This document shows positions 1 through 8,824 of a stretch of 64,000 nt of DNA, one piece after another (positions within the stretch are counted from its first letter, which is position 1; each line of letters starts with the position of its first letter). Both the position numbers and the translations under genes were made by a program. The stretch is from a virus: IMG/VR virus record IMGVR_UViG_3300041809_000571, positions 115,841 through 179,840 of that record; one strand, given 5' to 3'. The notes beneath the pieces were generated by a model, which was given only the letters and a program-made list of their open reading frames with translations, had not been told where the DNA came from and searched no databases.

Positions 1-160
1 CCAGAGGTCCACCTCTATCATGATTGAAGCCATAATTCCTCCTGTGGTTTGAATTAGAGGATAGGGACCGCATCCTCTGGCGGATTCATTAAAGGGGCTG
101 ATAGTTGTTAATCTGGGTGTAAAAGAAACCGACTTAGGCATCCCTTTATAGGAGAGCAGG

Positions 161-976
161 ATGCCCAACGTAAACATTTTGAATCCGCAGGGTGGATACG
201 CACAGGCTGTAGATGGAATCATCATCACCATGGCGGGTGCTTGGAACCTAACCACCACCTATCCCTTTGGATACGCAGTGACTTACAACTCAGCCACGTG
301 GGTATCTCTCAAGAATAACAACACCAACAATGTCCCCATGATAGGCTCCCCGTGGTGGGGAATCCTCGCCCAAGGTGCCCAAGGTCCGACCGGTCCCACT
401 GGGTATACCGGATACACTGGACCCAGCATAACCGGTCCAACGGGTCCGGGCAATTTTACGGGTTACACCGGATACACCGGGCCTGCGGGTGGAGGCTCCG
501 GGGTTCTCACAGTCGTAGCAGCCCTATTGGCTACTGACATCATCGGCCTGCTCAGCGCCCCCTATACCCTTCTTGATAGTTCTTTAGTCCCTGCCGACAA
601 GTTCGCTCAAGTTATATCTGCTCAATATCTTATACAGAATGGAACTGTTCCCTTCACAATCACCCCAGACACAATCATCTTGATACAAGGGGGGACGACT
701 GCACAACAGTGGATAGTCGAAGATAGTAACGTTGGAACGCCGCTCATGAGCCTACTGACGAACATTCCCAACCCACCTTATTCGGCTTTAGTTCTTGCCA
801 ATGAGACGACCTATGACCATACGACTGGGGCACTTCTTAGCCTCCCTTACTCCAATCTGAGTTCGGGAGCAATTACCATGATTGCTGGTTCTTCGGGTGG
901 GCCTGCGAATATATCGGACGGTAGTGGGACGCTGCGCATCAAGGTCAGTTATCAGTTAGTAGACCTTGCGTTCTAA
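161..976 (+). CDS. Collagen-like repeat protein, probable tail fibre/structural protein
   Basis: Translation has a Gly-X-Y block ([37 protein letters not shown]) of the same [10 protein letters not shown] type as the giant fibre at 22868; the N-terminal region resembles the fibre N-termini. Confidence 0.6.
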   Translation: MPNVNILNPQGGYAQAVDGIIITMAGAWNLTTTYPFGYAVTYNSATWVSLKNNNTNNVPMIGSPWWGILAQGAQGPTGPTGYTGYTGPSITGPTGPGNFTGYTGYTGPAGGGSGVLTVVAALLATDIIGLLSAPYTLLDSSLVPADKFAQVISAQYLIQNGTVPFTITPDTIILIQGGTTAQQWIVEDSNVGTPLMSLLTNIPNPPYSALVLANETTYDHTTGALLSLPYSNLSSGAITMIAGSSGGPANISDGSGTLRIKVSYQLVDLAF

Positions 977-987
977 GCGGAGACGCA

Positions 988-1275
988 TTAAAACTTAACC
1001 GGCCAATCCTGCATAATGGGGGTAGGAAATCTCCAACCGGTTAAGATGGGCTGAGCCTGTTTTTTCATTCCACATCCGCAGTCTTCACATATCGCCGGGC
1101 GCTTGCGGTTGTCCCGGCAGAGCCAAACCCACACACCGTTTTCATACAGCGCTTCATGCTCGCACTGATAGCAACCCCGGCAACGGGAGCACCGATACAC
1201 TTTCCATCCGCATTGCCAGCAGGTTACATCATGTACGGGGCAGTTCTCTCGGGGCATCAGGTCTCCAAAACACAC
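988..1275 (-). CDS. Cys-rich small protein (CxxC-rich), possibly the C-terminal fragment of a frameshifted Cys-rich gene
   Basis: 95-aa ORF with 16 Cys in CxxC/CxC arrays; its 5' end overlaps the upstream ORF in a different frame. Confidence 0.3.
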   Translation of the reverse strand: MCFGDLMPRENCPVHDVTCWQCGWKVYRCSRCRGCYQCEHEALYENGVWVWLCRDNRKRPAICEDCGCGMKKQAQPILTGWRFPTPIMQDWPVKF

Positions 1276-1798
1276 ACAGGTTGTCGGTCATGGGTTGATA
1301 AGACGAGCAGCACTCGGGGCGGTTTTCATAGATGGAACATCGGCCTTCGGGGGTAATCTTGGGGCAGTAGTACCAAAGCTTCACAATTTCTCCCTCTTTG
1401 GAGTGAAATTCTTCTTCTACCCCTCCCACCTTAAAGGGCATCCCGGCAGCGGTCAGCATCGCCTGCCCATCTTCAAACATGGAGTCTTTCCAGAAAGTCT
1501 CGGGGATGACCGGGTCTTTTTCATGGAAAGGCAGGCAAAACCTGCGACAGCAGGCTCCCGGCTCCGGGCAGATGGAGCATAACCAACTACTCTTTTCGAT
1601 TTTTGCGAGCGCTGCGGGCACGCTTGTTCTCCTCCCACAGCAAATTGAAGTACTCCCCGTGTTGGGGAATATGCTCACTCTTCTCCAACCCCAAAGCGTC
1701 CCACATCCGGTCAACGCACAGGCCGCAGATGACCGTGGCGCTCTCGCCAACGAGGAACCCATCCCGCTTGTCCTCTTTCGACTGAACAATCTTGACAT
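1229..1798 (-). CDS. Cys-rich protein; the N-terminal 70 aa are low-complexity, so the real coding part probably begins near 1588
   Basis: Protein-like Cys-rich sequence (CSICPEPGACCRRFC, YYCPKITPEGRC, ECCSSY) starts exactly where ORF 1587..1934 ends, suggesting a frameshift junction. Confidence 0.3.
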   Translation of the reverse strand: MSRLFSRKRTSGMGSSLARAPRSSAACALTGCGTLWGWRRVSIFPNTGSTSICCGRRTSVPAALAKIEKSSWLCSICPEPGACCRRFCLPFHEKDPVIPETFWKDSMFEDGQAMLTAAGMPFKVGGVEEEFHSKEGEIVKLWYYCPKITPEGRCSIYENRPECCSSYQPMTDNLCVFWRPDAPRELPRT

Positions 1799-1934
1799 CG
1801 CCGAAATGGCTGCGGCAATCGAGGGCGGCTCGTATCACGTCAAGCAGTTGACTTCGTGGTGCTGGCTTTTTTACCAGCTTTGGCTTTTTTATCGCTGCTT
1901 TCCTCATGCTCTGCCTCCCGCAATGAAATAGCAT
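1587..1934 (-). CDS. Hypothetical protein, possibly the N-terminal part of a frameshifted Cys-rich gene downstream of the radical SAM gene
   Basis: 115-aa ORF; overlaps the radical SAM 3' end by 95 nt and the next ORF by about 210 nt in another frame. Confidence 0.3.
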   Translation of the reverse strand: MLFHCGRQSMRKAAIKKPKLVKKPAPRSQLLDVIRAALDCRSHFGDVKIVQSKEDKRDGFLVGESATVICGLCVDRMWDALGLEKSEHIPQHGEYFNLLWEENKRARSARKNRKE

Positions 1935-2820
1935 TGGATTTCGCCGTGGAGATGCCTGTCAAGGCGTACTCCCGGCTGGTGGGGTCAAGGTTGTTTTCCT
2001 TGGCATACCCCTCCACTATGAAATACTCCTTGGAGAAGGTACCGTCCGTAAAATAGTTGAAGCTGTTGGCGTTGGTCTGGACCGTCCGCCAGATGAGCAC
2101 GGGCATCCCGTGTATCCGGTAAGCCGGGGCGTTCTCGTATTGACCGCAGATTTCATACTTACTTGCCAAACCGGCCACAACCTCCTCGAAGATGAGGGCA
2201 TCCTCTTCAAGCTCTTTCCACCGGTTCTCTGTGCAGATTTTGCGAAGCTGGATGTATCCAAGCTTAGGTTGCCCCGCCGCCCACTTGATGATGTCCTCAA
2301 TCTCGTGACGGTTGTAGCGGCCCACCACGATGGCGACCCGGATGCGGGGACACTCGGTCGCCGCCAGAATCTTCTCCCAGTCCAGCAGAGCGGTCATCCC
2401 CATGATTTTCTGATTGGTTGCCCGGTCAAGACTGTGGATGCTGTAGCTGACGCTGTCACAGGCATTAACCGTTTCCAGCTTGTCCAGAGCGAGGATACCA
2501 TTGGTCCTGATGCCTACCCGGCGCACCCATGGCTGGCGGCTAAGGAAAGGAATGAGCTTGTCCACGTGCTTATACGCCAGAGCGTCGGTGGTTTGCCCCG
2601 TGATGTAGATGCGGTCTATCCCGGCATGTTCCGCCTCGGCGAGAGCATGGGGAAAGGTCTTCCAGTTCTCGAAGGGGACGTTGAGTTGGTTATTGTGGAA
2701 GTATTCCTTAGCAAGGTCTCGCCCGAGGCAGAAGTAGCAATCAGCATTACAGGCCCCGAGGAGATTGATGTTCAGGAACGTGGGTTTGCTTCGTTGGCGG
2801 TTCTTGTATCGTAGGTCCAT
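1840..2820 (-). CDS. Radical SAM enzyme of unknown specificity
   Basis: CxxxCxxC cluster near the N-terminus (GACNADCYFC); a glycine-rich motif (IYITGQTTD) where GGEP would sit; size 326 aa; the GTATTATTC-N3-ATG motif lies immediately upstream on the minus strand. Confidence 0.75.
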   Translation of the reverse strand: MDLRYKNRQRSKPTFLNINLLGACNADCYFCLGRDLAKEYFHNNQLNVPFENWKTFPHALAEAEHAGIDRIYITGQTTDALAYKHVDKLIPFLSRQPWVRRVGIRTNGILALDKLETVNACDSVSYSIHSLDRATNQKIMGMTALLDWEKILAATECPRIRVAIVVGRYNRHEIEDIIKWAAGQPKLGYIQLRKICTENRWKELEEDALIFEEVVAGLASKYEICGQYENAPAYRIHGMPVLIWRTVQTNANSFNYFTDGTFSKEYFIVEGYAKENNLDPTSREYALTGISTAKSNAISLREAEHEESSDKKAKAGKKASTTKSTA

Positions 2821-2835
2821 GCAGAATAATACACA
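2821..2835 (-). promoter_or_regulatory. GTGTATTATTC-N3-ATG element upstream of the radical SAM gene
   Basis: Reverse complement of 2821-2835 reads TGTGTATTATTCTGC followed by ATG. Confidence 0.4.
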
Positions 2836-2849
2836 AAAATTGGAAAAAT

Positions 2850-2865
2850 CCCAGTATTATTCTTT
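2850..2865 (+). promoter_or_regulatory. CCCAGTATTATTC-N3-ATG element (late-promoter-like -10 / leaderless start signal)
   Basis: One of 4-5 copies at fixed 3-nt spacing from an ATG, with no SD. Confidence 0.45.
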
Positions 2866-3279
2866 ATGAAACTTACTCCCGTGATGGTTCACCGGTCGGA
2901 CTTCGACACCGACCAGATTATCCACGCCCGGTGGGACCGGCTATTTGAGTTCGAGTCATTGACATGGGATGCTGAATTCCTCGCCATGGGTTACCACCAC
3001 CCTCATGCACCCGGAGAAATGCCGGGGTTCGATGGTAACGTTGTTCTGGGACTTAGCACCATTTTCACCGATATTCCCAAGAAATTCCCCATCAAAGACC
3101 TTCTCACCTTTCTACAAGGACGAGCGCAGTCCTGCTGCATGGAAGAAGTGGAGCAACGCCTCACCCTGATGGCAAGACGCTGTTCCCAACTTGACTGTGC
3201 GGGGGATAGCCCAAATCCCACGGACGAAGAGAAGAGAGTGGCGGAATTAGCCGCTAAAAGGGTTGGATTTTACACATGA
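2866..3279 (+). CDS. Hypothetical protein
   Basis: 137-aa ORF directly preceded by the motif CCCAGTATTATTC plus 3 nt. Confidence 0.55.
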   Translation: MKLTPVMVHRSDFDTDQIIHARWDRLFEFESLTWDAEFLAMGYHHPHAPGEMPGFDGNVVLGLSTIFTDIPKKFPIKDLLTFLQGRAQSCCMEEVEQRLTLMARRCSQLDCAGDSPNPTDEEKRVAELAAKRVGFYT

Positions 3280-3509
3280 GAATGAGCAAAGCTGACAAGA
3301 AAGAACAAGCCGACCAGAAGAAGGTGTGGAAAGTCTACCCACAGGCTACCTATTGGGGAGTGGACGACAAGAAGAACTTCGGCCCCCTCGCTGCCTGCGA
3401 GGTATACCAGTCGGACGCCTTCGATGCCCCGGTAATCGGGGAAGGTAACACTTCCGGGGAAGCGTGGGCGGATGCCGTCAAGCGGCTTCCTAAAAAGGCA
3501 AAAAAGTGA
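3276..3509 (+). CDS. Hypothetical small Lys-rich protein
   Basis: 77-aa ORF; ATGA overlap with the upstream gene. Confidence 0.5.
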   Translation: MRMSKADKKEQADQKKVWKVYPQATYWGVDDKKNFGPLAACEVYQSDAFDAPVIGEGNTSGEAWADAVKRLPKKAKK

Positions 3510-3751
3510 AGTGGCTTTGTTGGTTATGGGACCTACGTGGGAAGATTACGGTGTAGCCTTCTTTGTTCGTTGCAAGTGGTGCGGCAAGAAGGTGTGTTCC
3601 CGCTAGACACGAAAGCCGGGCATCTCAGCCCGGCCCCCGTGTAGATATGGACCACCCCCTTTTAGGTGAGATTCGGCAACTTCAACCTCCCTTCCTCGGG
3701 TTTTCCTCGGGGTATGTCAGGTCTCATGGCGAGTCTCCTTTTTCTCTCGGA

Positions 3752-3774
3752 AGTGGTATTACTATGATTAAGGG
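3752..3774 (+). promoter_or_regulatory. Promoter box GTGGTATTACT followed by AAGGGG
   Basis: Variant motif copy upstream of 3784. Confidence 0.35.
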
Positions 3775-3783
3775 GTGAATAGT

Positions 3784-4086
3784 ATGGGTTTGGTGGAACG
3801 CTTGATATCGCTGACGAAAGCGGATAAGGTCAAGTGGAATGCTCGGTCAGTTCCGGGAGATTTCACTGTCGCCTTCACTTGGGTGGACGGATTTGAAATC
3901 TCCATCACCAACTTTTACAACAAGAGGGACCTCTCCGGGAAAGAAGTGGAACGTACCATGTGTATCACCAGTCCCCTCGGAATCTCAGTGGACATCAACG
4001 CCTGTCTGAAAGACATTCAAGAACTCGTCAGCCTCATCTGTGAAAAAACCATAACTGATTTCATCGGAAAACTGGCTGCTCTATGA
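3784..4086 (+). CDS. Hypothetical protein
   Basis: ORF 3775..4086; start placed at ATG 3784, 9 nt after AAGGGG; preceded by a TGGTATTACT promoter-like box. Confidence 0.5.
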   Translation: MGLVERLISLTKADKVKWNARSVPGDFTVAFTWVDGFEISITNFYNKRDLSGKEVERTMCITSPLGISVDINACLKDIQELVSLICEKTITDFIGKLAAL

Positions 4087-4769
4087 TAGACCACCTAAGT
4101 CTCACCGAAGCTACCGAACGTGCCTGCGGAGAGCCTACCCTGATAGATGCCCTCTCTTGGATTTGTATTTGGGAAACTGAGCGTGTTGTCAAACAGGCAC
4201 TAAAGGGATGCCGCTTAGGAGATGACGGTCAAATCTACGTCAAGCCGGGCATGGCAACACCGAAGGGCGGCGGCTGGGACACTTGTTTTACCATCTGTCT
4301 GGCAGCAGTCATGGAGGAGTGGGACAAGCGTCATCCCAAGAAGCGGTGGGGGCCGAATGCAACACAGGAAACACCAGAGGAGCGGCTTACCCGGCTGGAA
4401 GGCAAGGTACACGAATTGGAGAAGGTCCACCCGGATTTGAACGCTCTGGCGTCCAAGGTGGATAAGAGCAGTGCCGAAATGGGCCGTCTACGGGTCCTCG
4501 TTGGCGAGAAGCTGCCGGGGTTGGAAGACATCAGGGACCAGTGCCGCCACGCACACGCCGTGGGCAAGGAAGAAGTAGCGGGAGTCAGGCGGCTTGCTGA
4601 TGCCTGCGCTACGAGGTTGGAATTAAATCATGTAAGGGACAAGGTAACTTCCGTACTTAAAGAATTGGGATGGACCATCGCATGGGACGAGGATGGACAA
4701 CCAATCTGGAACGGAAGTAGAGAGAGGCATAATGGACCGGTCGATTCAAAAATTATTGGGTATAGCTGA
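4083..4769 (+). CDS. Hypothetical protein with coiled-coil segment
   Basis: 228-aa ORF; ATGA overlap with the upstream gene. Confidence 0.5.
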   Translation: MIDHLSLTEATERACGEPTLIDALSWICIWETERVVKQALKGCRLGDDGQIYVKPGMATPKGGGWDTCFTICLAAVMEEWDKRHPKKRWGPNATQETPEERLTRLEGKVHELEKVHPDLNALASKVDKSSAEMGRLRVLVGEKLPGLEDIRDQCRHAHAVGKEEVAGVRRLADACATRLELNHVRDKVTSVLKELGWTIAWDEDGQPIWNGSRERHNGPVDSKIIGYS

Positions 4770-6246
4770 TGATGCTAAACGCATCTATCGTTTCATCGAA
4801 GGTGATGTGCAGAAGGAAGAGTATCAGTATTGCCAGATGTTGGACCAACTGGTATTCGGCGACAAGGGCTACGTGGATACCCTCGGACAAACGTGGGAGA
4901 TGATTCACGACCCCCGCTTCCAGAAGATTGAAAACCTGTTCCTCACCGAGCGCAAGGCAGTCTTTGGCGGCAACGCCAGCATTGGACGCCAGTACATGAC
5001 AGCGGATGGCATCTTCGTATCCATCACCACAGCGGACTTGGAAGAGTACACGGAAATCCTCGGGGAGGGCCGGTACTTCCACACCATCATTGCCCACCCG
5101 AATGAGACTTGCCCCGTGCGTATCTGGAATTTCCGGCTCTACCCGGATATGATTGCCGCCAACAAGTGGGAAGTCCCCAAGCCCGGACCCGGCTTGAAAT
5201 GCACATGCAGCGGAGAGCAGGAGGGGCTGGTCATCAACGCCGACTCCCAATTGGTAGCATGGGTTAAAAACCCTCGGCAGCTTAAAGATGCCTCTGACGA
5301 TTTCTTGTGGGCGTTCATTAGACGGGAGTGTCCCAACTATTTCTCACAGGGAGGCAGTCCCAATCCATTGGCAAGGCGGTTATTCGACTTGTTCCGGGCA
5401 GACCTCTTGGGGCTTATCGCCGACTACACACCCACGCCATTAGTGGACGCCTTCATCGAACTCGAAACCGGGGACATAACCACCGGGGCTACAGAGGATG
5501 AAAAACCCAAGGTTTTCCTCGAAGCCGACATCTTGGAGAAGGCACTAACTTACCGGGCAACCATGCGAGCCACGGCGGCAAAGATTTTGAAGCAGGTGGG
5601 AATCGTGGCGCAACTGCGGTCACTACCTGACCCCCGGCTCACCGATTTTGAACGGGACCACATGCTCCGCATGGTCTATCAGTCCGACTGGCCTGACGAA
5701 AAGGTTCCCATGGTCATGAATTTGATGACCTACTTAAGCAGTGTGACGAGAAGGCCCTATGAGGACCGGCTAAAGGAACAGCTTGCCCGTGCCTCCGAGG
5801 ATGCGCTCGAAGACTGCCGGGACCTGCAATCCGGCAAGCTCGAACCCATCAACCAAGAAACCGAACCGGCTGTGGAAACTGACCTTGACCCCCACGCCGC
5901 CGTGCTGGAGTCCATCCTCCGCAATCCTCTCAAGGCAGAACTGTTTCTTATTTGGGTGGGAGCGGAAGAGCGGGGAGAGAATGGCAGGACCGAGGAGGAG
6001 AAACTCAACATGCGCCGGTTGAACTCCATCCTCACCCCTATGTTCACGGACCCGGCGTTTGAGTTGGACGAAAATAAGTACTGGGAATACATGGACCAAG
6101 CCAACCGGCTCGGCTACTATGGTAAACCCACTGTGCAGGTTGTCAAGGAGGCGGTCCTCGGCGGCGGCAAACCCGGTGACCCTTGTCTCCTTAAGGAAGT
6201 CTACGAGCAGAAAAAGAAAGATGAACCCACCGAGGAGGCGAAATGA
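4693..6246 (+). CDS. Hypothetical protein (517 aa)
   Basis: Long ORF; the alternative start ATG 4732 has an AGAGAGG RBS; no recognisable catalytic motif. Confidence 0.6.
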   Translation: MDNQSGTEVERGIMDRSIQKLLGIADDAKRIYRFIEGDVQKEEYQYCQMLDQLVFGDKGYVDTLGQTWEMIHDPRFQKIENLFLTERKAVFGGNASIGRQYMTADGIFVSITTADLEEYTEILGEGRYFHTIIAHPNETCPVRIWNFRLYPDMIAANKWEVPKPGPGLKCTCSGEQEGLVINADSQLVAWVKNPRQLKDASDDFLWAFIRRECPNYFSQGGSPNPLARRLFDLFRADLLGLIADYTPTPLVDAFIELETGDITTGATEDEKPKVFLEADILEKALTYRATMRATAAKILKQVGIVAQLRSLPDPRLTDFERDHMLRMVYQSDWPDEKVPMVMNLMTYLSSVTRRPYEDRLKEQLARASEDALEDCRDLQSGKLEPINQETEPAVETDLDPHAAVLESILRNPLKAELFLIWVGAEERGENGRTEEEKLNMRRLNSILTPMFTDPAFELDENKYWEYMDQANRLGYYGKPTVQVVKEAVLGGGKPGDPCLLKEVYEQKKKDEPTEEAK

Positions 6247-6578
6247 GGGAAGTCGGAATACGAGTAGGGGCAATTTGCAGCGGTGATGAAAAGACCAAAA
6301 TCCTGAAATTCTTCGGGTACGGCGTGTACGAGGGAGACTTCATTCCCCCAGCCAATGCCGGGGGTTTTGCTCAAATGTGCCACGAGGCCGAAGTCACCAA
6401 CCCCCGCATCAAGCTGGACAACGGCAACACCGTGTGGGGCGGCGAATGTTGGTGGGGACCGGAAGACCAAATCAAGAAAAGGGTCGATGCCTGCATTGCC
6501 GCTGGCTGGAAAATTGAGGATGTCGGCATTAAGAAGCTACGGACCGCCGAGAAGAAAGCAAAGAAAGCGAGGAAGTAA
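6243..6578 (+). CDS. Hypothetical protein
   Basis: 111-aa ORF; ATGA overlap with the upstream gene. Confidence 0.5.
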   Translation: MREVGIRVGAICSGDEKTKILKFFGYGVYEGDFIPPANAGGFAQMCHEAEVTNPRIKLDNGNTVWGGECWWGPEDQIKKRVDACIAAGWKIEDVGIKKLRTAEKKAKKARK

Positions 6579-6943
6579 TGGCAATCGTTCAGTACGAGCA
6601 TCATGGAGTAAAGGTTTTTGTGGAGGACCGGCTCAAGGGAACGCACCGGGGCAACTGTCTGTGCTTCAAGTGTGCCTCCTTCAAGCCGGGGACACCGGAG
6701 AACTGCCCGTTGGCGCAGGAGCTTTATGAGTACTGTGTCAAACATGGCATGACCACGCCGGTCTATGAATGCCCGGTGTTCGTGGAAATCAAGCTGGAAG
6801 TAAAGAAGGTGGAAAAATTCCCGGATTGTCAGTATTGTCAAATGGGTGCAGAACACACCCACAGCAAGACCACCAAGTCACCAGCGGTTGCAACTCAGCC
6901 GCTCATCAATGTGACGGCCAGCGCTTACAAAGAGCAGAGCTAG
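6578..6943 (+). CDS. Cys-rich hypothetical protein (probable Zn-binding)
   Basis: CLCFKCASF, CPLAQELYEYC, CPVF, CQYCQ motifs. Confidence 0.5.
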   Translation: MAIVQYEHHGVKVFVEDRLKGTHRGNCLCFKCASFKPGTPENCPLAQELYEYCVKHGMTTPVYECPVFVEIKLEVKKVEKFPDCQYCQMGAEHTHSKTTKSPAVATQPLINVTASAYKEQS

Positions 6944-6952
6944 GAGACCACC

Positions 6953-7210
6953 ATGGCAATTGTAGCCGCTCCCGAGGGAGCAGTAGTTCATGACGACGGA
7001 AAGGTATATCGGCGTAAGCCGTGGCGGTCGGGGACGTTTGCCCTGATACTGATTGGCAACATGGTCAACGAGGCAGGGCCGGATGGAAAGCCCACCGGTC
7101 AGAAGAGCTTTGTGTCTTTGGTTCACAAGGAGTCCACCAACCCGTTGAAGGTTTCCCGGAAGACCAAGGTTGCCACGCCGGGTGAGGCCCTTGCCAAGGC
7201 AGTCAAATAA
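6953..7210 (+). CDS. Hypothetical protein
   Basis: 85-aa ORF. Confidence 0.45.
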   Translation: MAIVAAPEGAVVHDDGKVYRRKPWRSGTFALILIGNMVNEAGPDGKPTGQKSFVSLVHKESTNPLKVSRKTKVATPGEALAKAVK

Positions 7211-7442
7211 GCTTGCGGCGAAAGAGCCGACGTACAGGTTGGACGACTAGCCTGAGTGCGGTAATCAGCATCTCCGTGGGAATGCTACGGCCACGAAAAG
7301 TCGTCTAGGTAACGCACCGGAGCCTCCCTGTTGTGGGAGGGGGCGGTGAAGCGGGGAGCAGGAGTGCCGGGTAGTGACCGGAGTAGCGATAACCCTGCTG
7401 CCTGCGGGGGTCTGTGGCTCAACCCCGCCGCATGGAGGAAAT

Positions 7443-7712
7443 ATGCTAACCAAACCAGAATGCCGTGTATTGTCTATGCTGCTGGACATGGCTGCTGATA
7501 AATTCTCCAATCATTGCTGCAATGACCTCCCGGATGAAATCACCGATGCTTTGAGCGACGAGGAGAAACTCACCCTGATAAAGGAGTACGCCGCTTGGAG
7601 CGCCGACCCGGATGAGTTCGATGGTGAACCCACCGCCAAGCGCTTCGACCATCTTGCAGACTGGATTCTCATGCGTTTCTTCTCCGAGAAGTTAAACAAG
7701 ATGGCTCAATAG
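7443..7712 (+). CDS. Hypothetical acidic protein
   Basis: Start moved to ATG 7443, after GGAGG at 7434; the upstream 230 nt are non-coding and structured. Confidence 0.45.
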   Translation: MLTKPECRVLSMLLDMAADKFSNHCCNDLPDEITDALSDEEKLTLIKEYAAWSADPDEFDGEPTAKRFDHLADWILMRFFSEKLNKMAQ

Positions 7713-7715
7713 CTT

Positions 7716-8063
7716 ATGATGCGAGGATATCACACGGTATACAAAGCTTTCCGGGTCAGGAGTGGGAAACTGTGTTTCCTGTTTCGAGGACACAAGGGGA
7801 GCCTTGAGGTTCCCATTGGGGAATGGCTTACCGCAAAGATGCGCCTCGTGCGTGATGGTAAGGGACGGCGCTACCGGGCCGGGTTCCACTTCATGTGGGA
7901 TAAAGAAGCTGTAGCGAAGTTCAACAAACGCACCAAAAACAAATACATCATCCTGAAAGTGGACGTGCGAGAGCGTCTCCGCCCCAAACCCAACAGTCCT
8001 AATGATGTCTGGCTGGCACAGCAAATGCGTGTACTCTTCTGCCACATCATCGGCTGCAAATAG
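7716..8063 (+). CDS. Hypothetical basic protein
   Basis: 115-aa ORF. Confidence 0.45.
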   Translation: MMRGYHTVYKAFRVRSGKLCFLFRGHKGSLEVPIGEWLTAKMRLVRDGKGRRYRAGFHFMWDKEAVAKFNKRTKNKYIILKVDVRERLRPKPNSPNDVWLAQQMRVLFCHIIGCK

Positions 8064-8128
8064 CACTAAAGTAGACTACGACATAGCACCGTCGTACCCC
8101 CCTCAATGGGCAAAAAACCCCAGCAAAC

Positions 8129-8140
8129 TGTGTATTATTA
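8129..8140 (+). promoter_or_regulatory. TGTGTATTATTA -10-like box about 30 nt upstream of the sugar transferase start
   Basis: Same core as the GTATTATT family, but followed by a leader with a GGAGG SD. Confidence 0.35.
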
Positions 8141-8169
8141 CCTATCAGAAAATCTGTACGGGAGGAACA

Positions 8170-8787
8170 ATGAGTGCTTGGAACGAGCGAGTTAAGCGGG
8201 CTTTTGACCTATGCGGCAGTTTGGCCGGTTTGATTATAACCGCTCCAATCCTTGCTGTGGTTGCGGTGCTTATCAAGCTGACCTCACGGGGACCTGTCCT
8301 CTACCGACAGGTGCGAGTGGGAAAGATGGGTCATCTGTTCACCCTCTTCAAATTCAGAACGATGAATACCGACAATAATCCGGCAGTCCACAAGAAATAC
8401 GTTCAGAGCCTTATTTGCGGGAAGGCTCCTGCCGCAGACGGTGTTTATAAGATAGTTAATGACCCCCGCATCACCCGGATAGGGAGTTTCCTGAGAAAGA
8501 CCAGTCTGGACGAGCTTCCCCAACTGTTCAATGTCCTTATGGGGGATATGTCACTCGTAGGCCCCCGGCCCCCGATTCCCTACGAAGTGGAAGTATACCA
8601 GCCGTGGCACCACACCCGGCTGTTTGTCAAACCCGGCATAACCGGTCTGTGGCAGGTGAGTGGGCGGAACCGGACGAGCTTTAGTGAGATGGTGATGCTG
8701 GATATCCACTACACGGCATCCTTCTCAATTTGGAATGACCTTAAGATACTGGTTAAGACCCCGTTAGTCATGGTGACGGGGAGATAA
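8170..8787 (+). CDS. Polyprenyl-phosphate sugar phosphotransferase (bacterial sugar transferase family, PglC/WbaP C-terminal type)
   Basis: Hallmark motif [21 protein letters not shown]; single N-terminal hydrophobic helix ([20 protein letters not shown]); start at ATG 8170 after GGAGG; TGTGTATTATTA box at 8129. Confidence 0.8.
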   Translation: MSAWNERVKRAFDLCGSLAGLIITAPILAVVAVLIKLTSRGPVLYRQVRVGKMGHLFTLFKFRTMNTDNNPAVHKKYVQSLICGKAPAADGVYKIVNDPRITRIGSFLRKTSLDELPQLFNVLMGDMSLVGPRPPIPYEVEVYQPWHHTRLFVKPGITGLWQVSGRNRTSFSEMVMLDIHYTASFSIWNDLKILVKTPLVMVTGR

Positions 8788-8824
8788 GTTCAGCGGCAGA
8801 ATAGCGAGCCGCTTTGGAGGGAAA

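Noticed and set aside
3563-3778. 71-aa ORF in the 3510-3783 intergenic region
   Set aside because: Pro/Arg/Gly-rich non-protein-like translation; the region instead contains the TGGTATTACT promoter box and the SD for gene 3784.
7241-7309. 69-nt hairpin with a 7-bp acceptor-like stem (GACGACT/AGTCGTC) that initially looked tRNA-like
   Set aside because: The internal arms do not fit a D-arm, anticodon arm or T-arm (10-nt loop, no room for a 17-nt T-arm, no GTTC-type loop). Treated as a structured non-coding element, not a tRNA.
8793-8816. Short inverted repeat CAGCGGC ... GCCGCT after the sugar transferase stop
   Set aside because: Only a 6-bp stem with no U-tract, immediately followed by the SD of the next gene; too weak to call a terminator.
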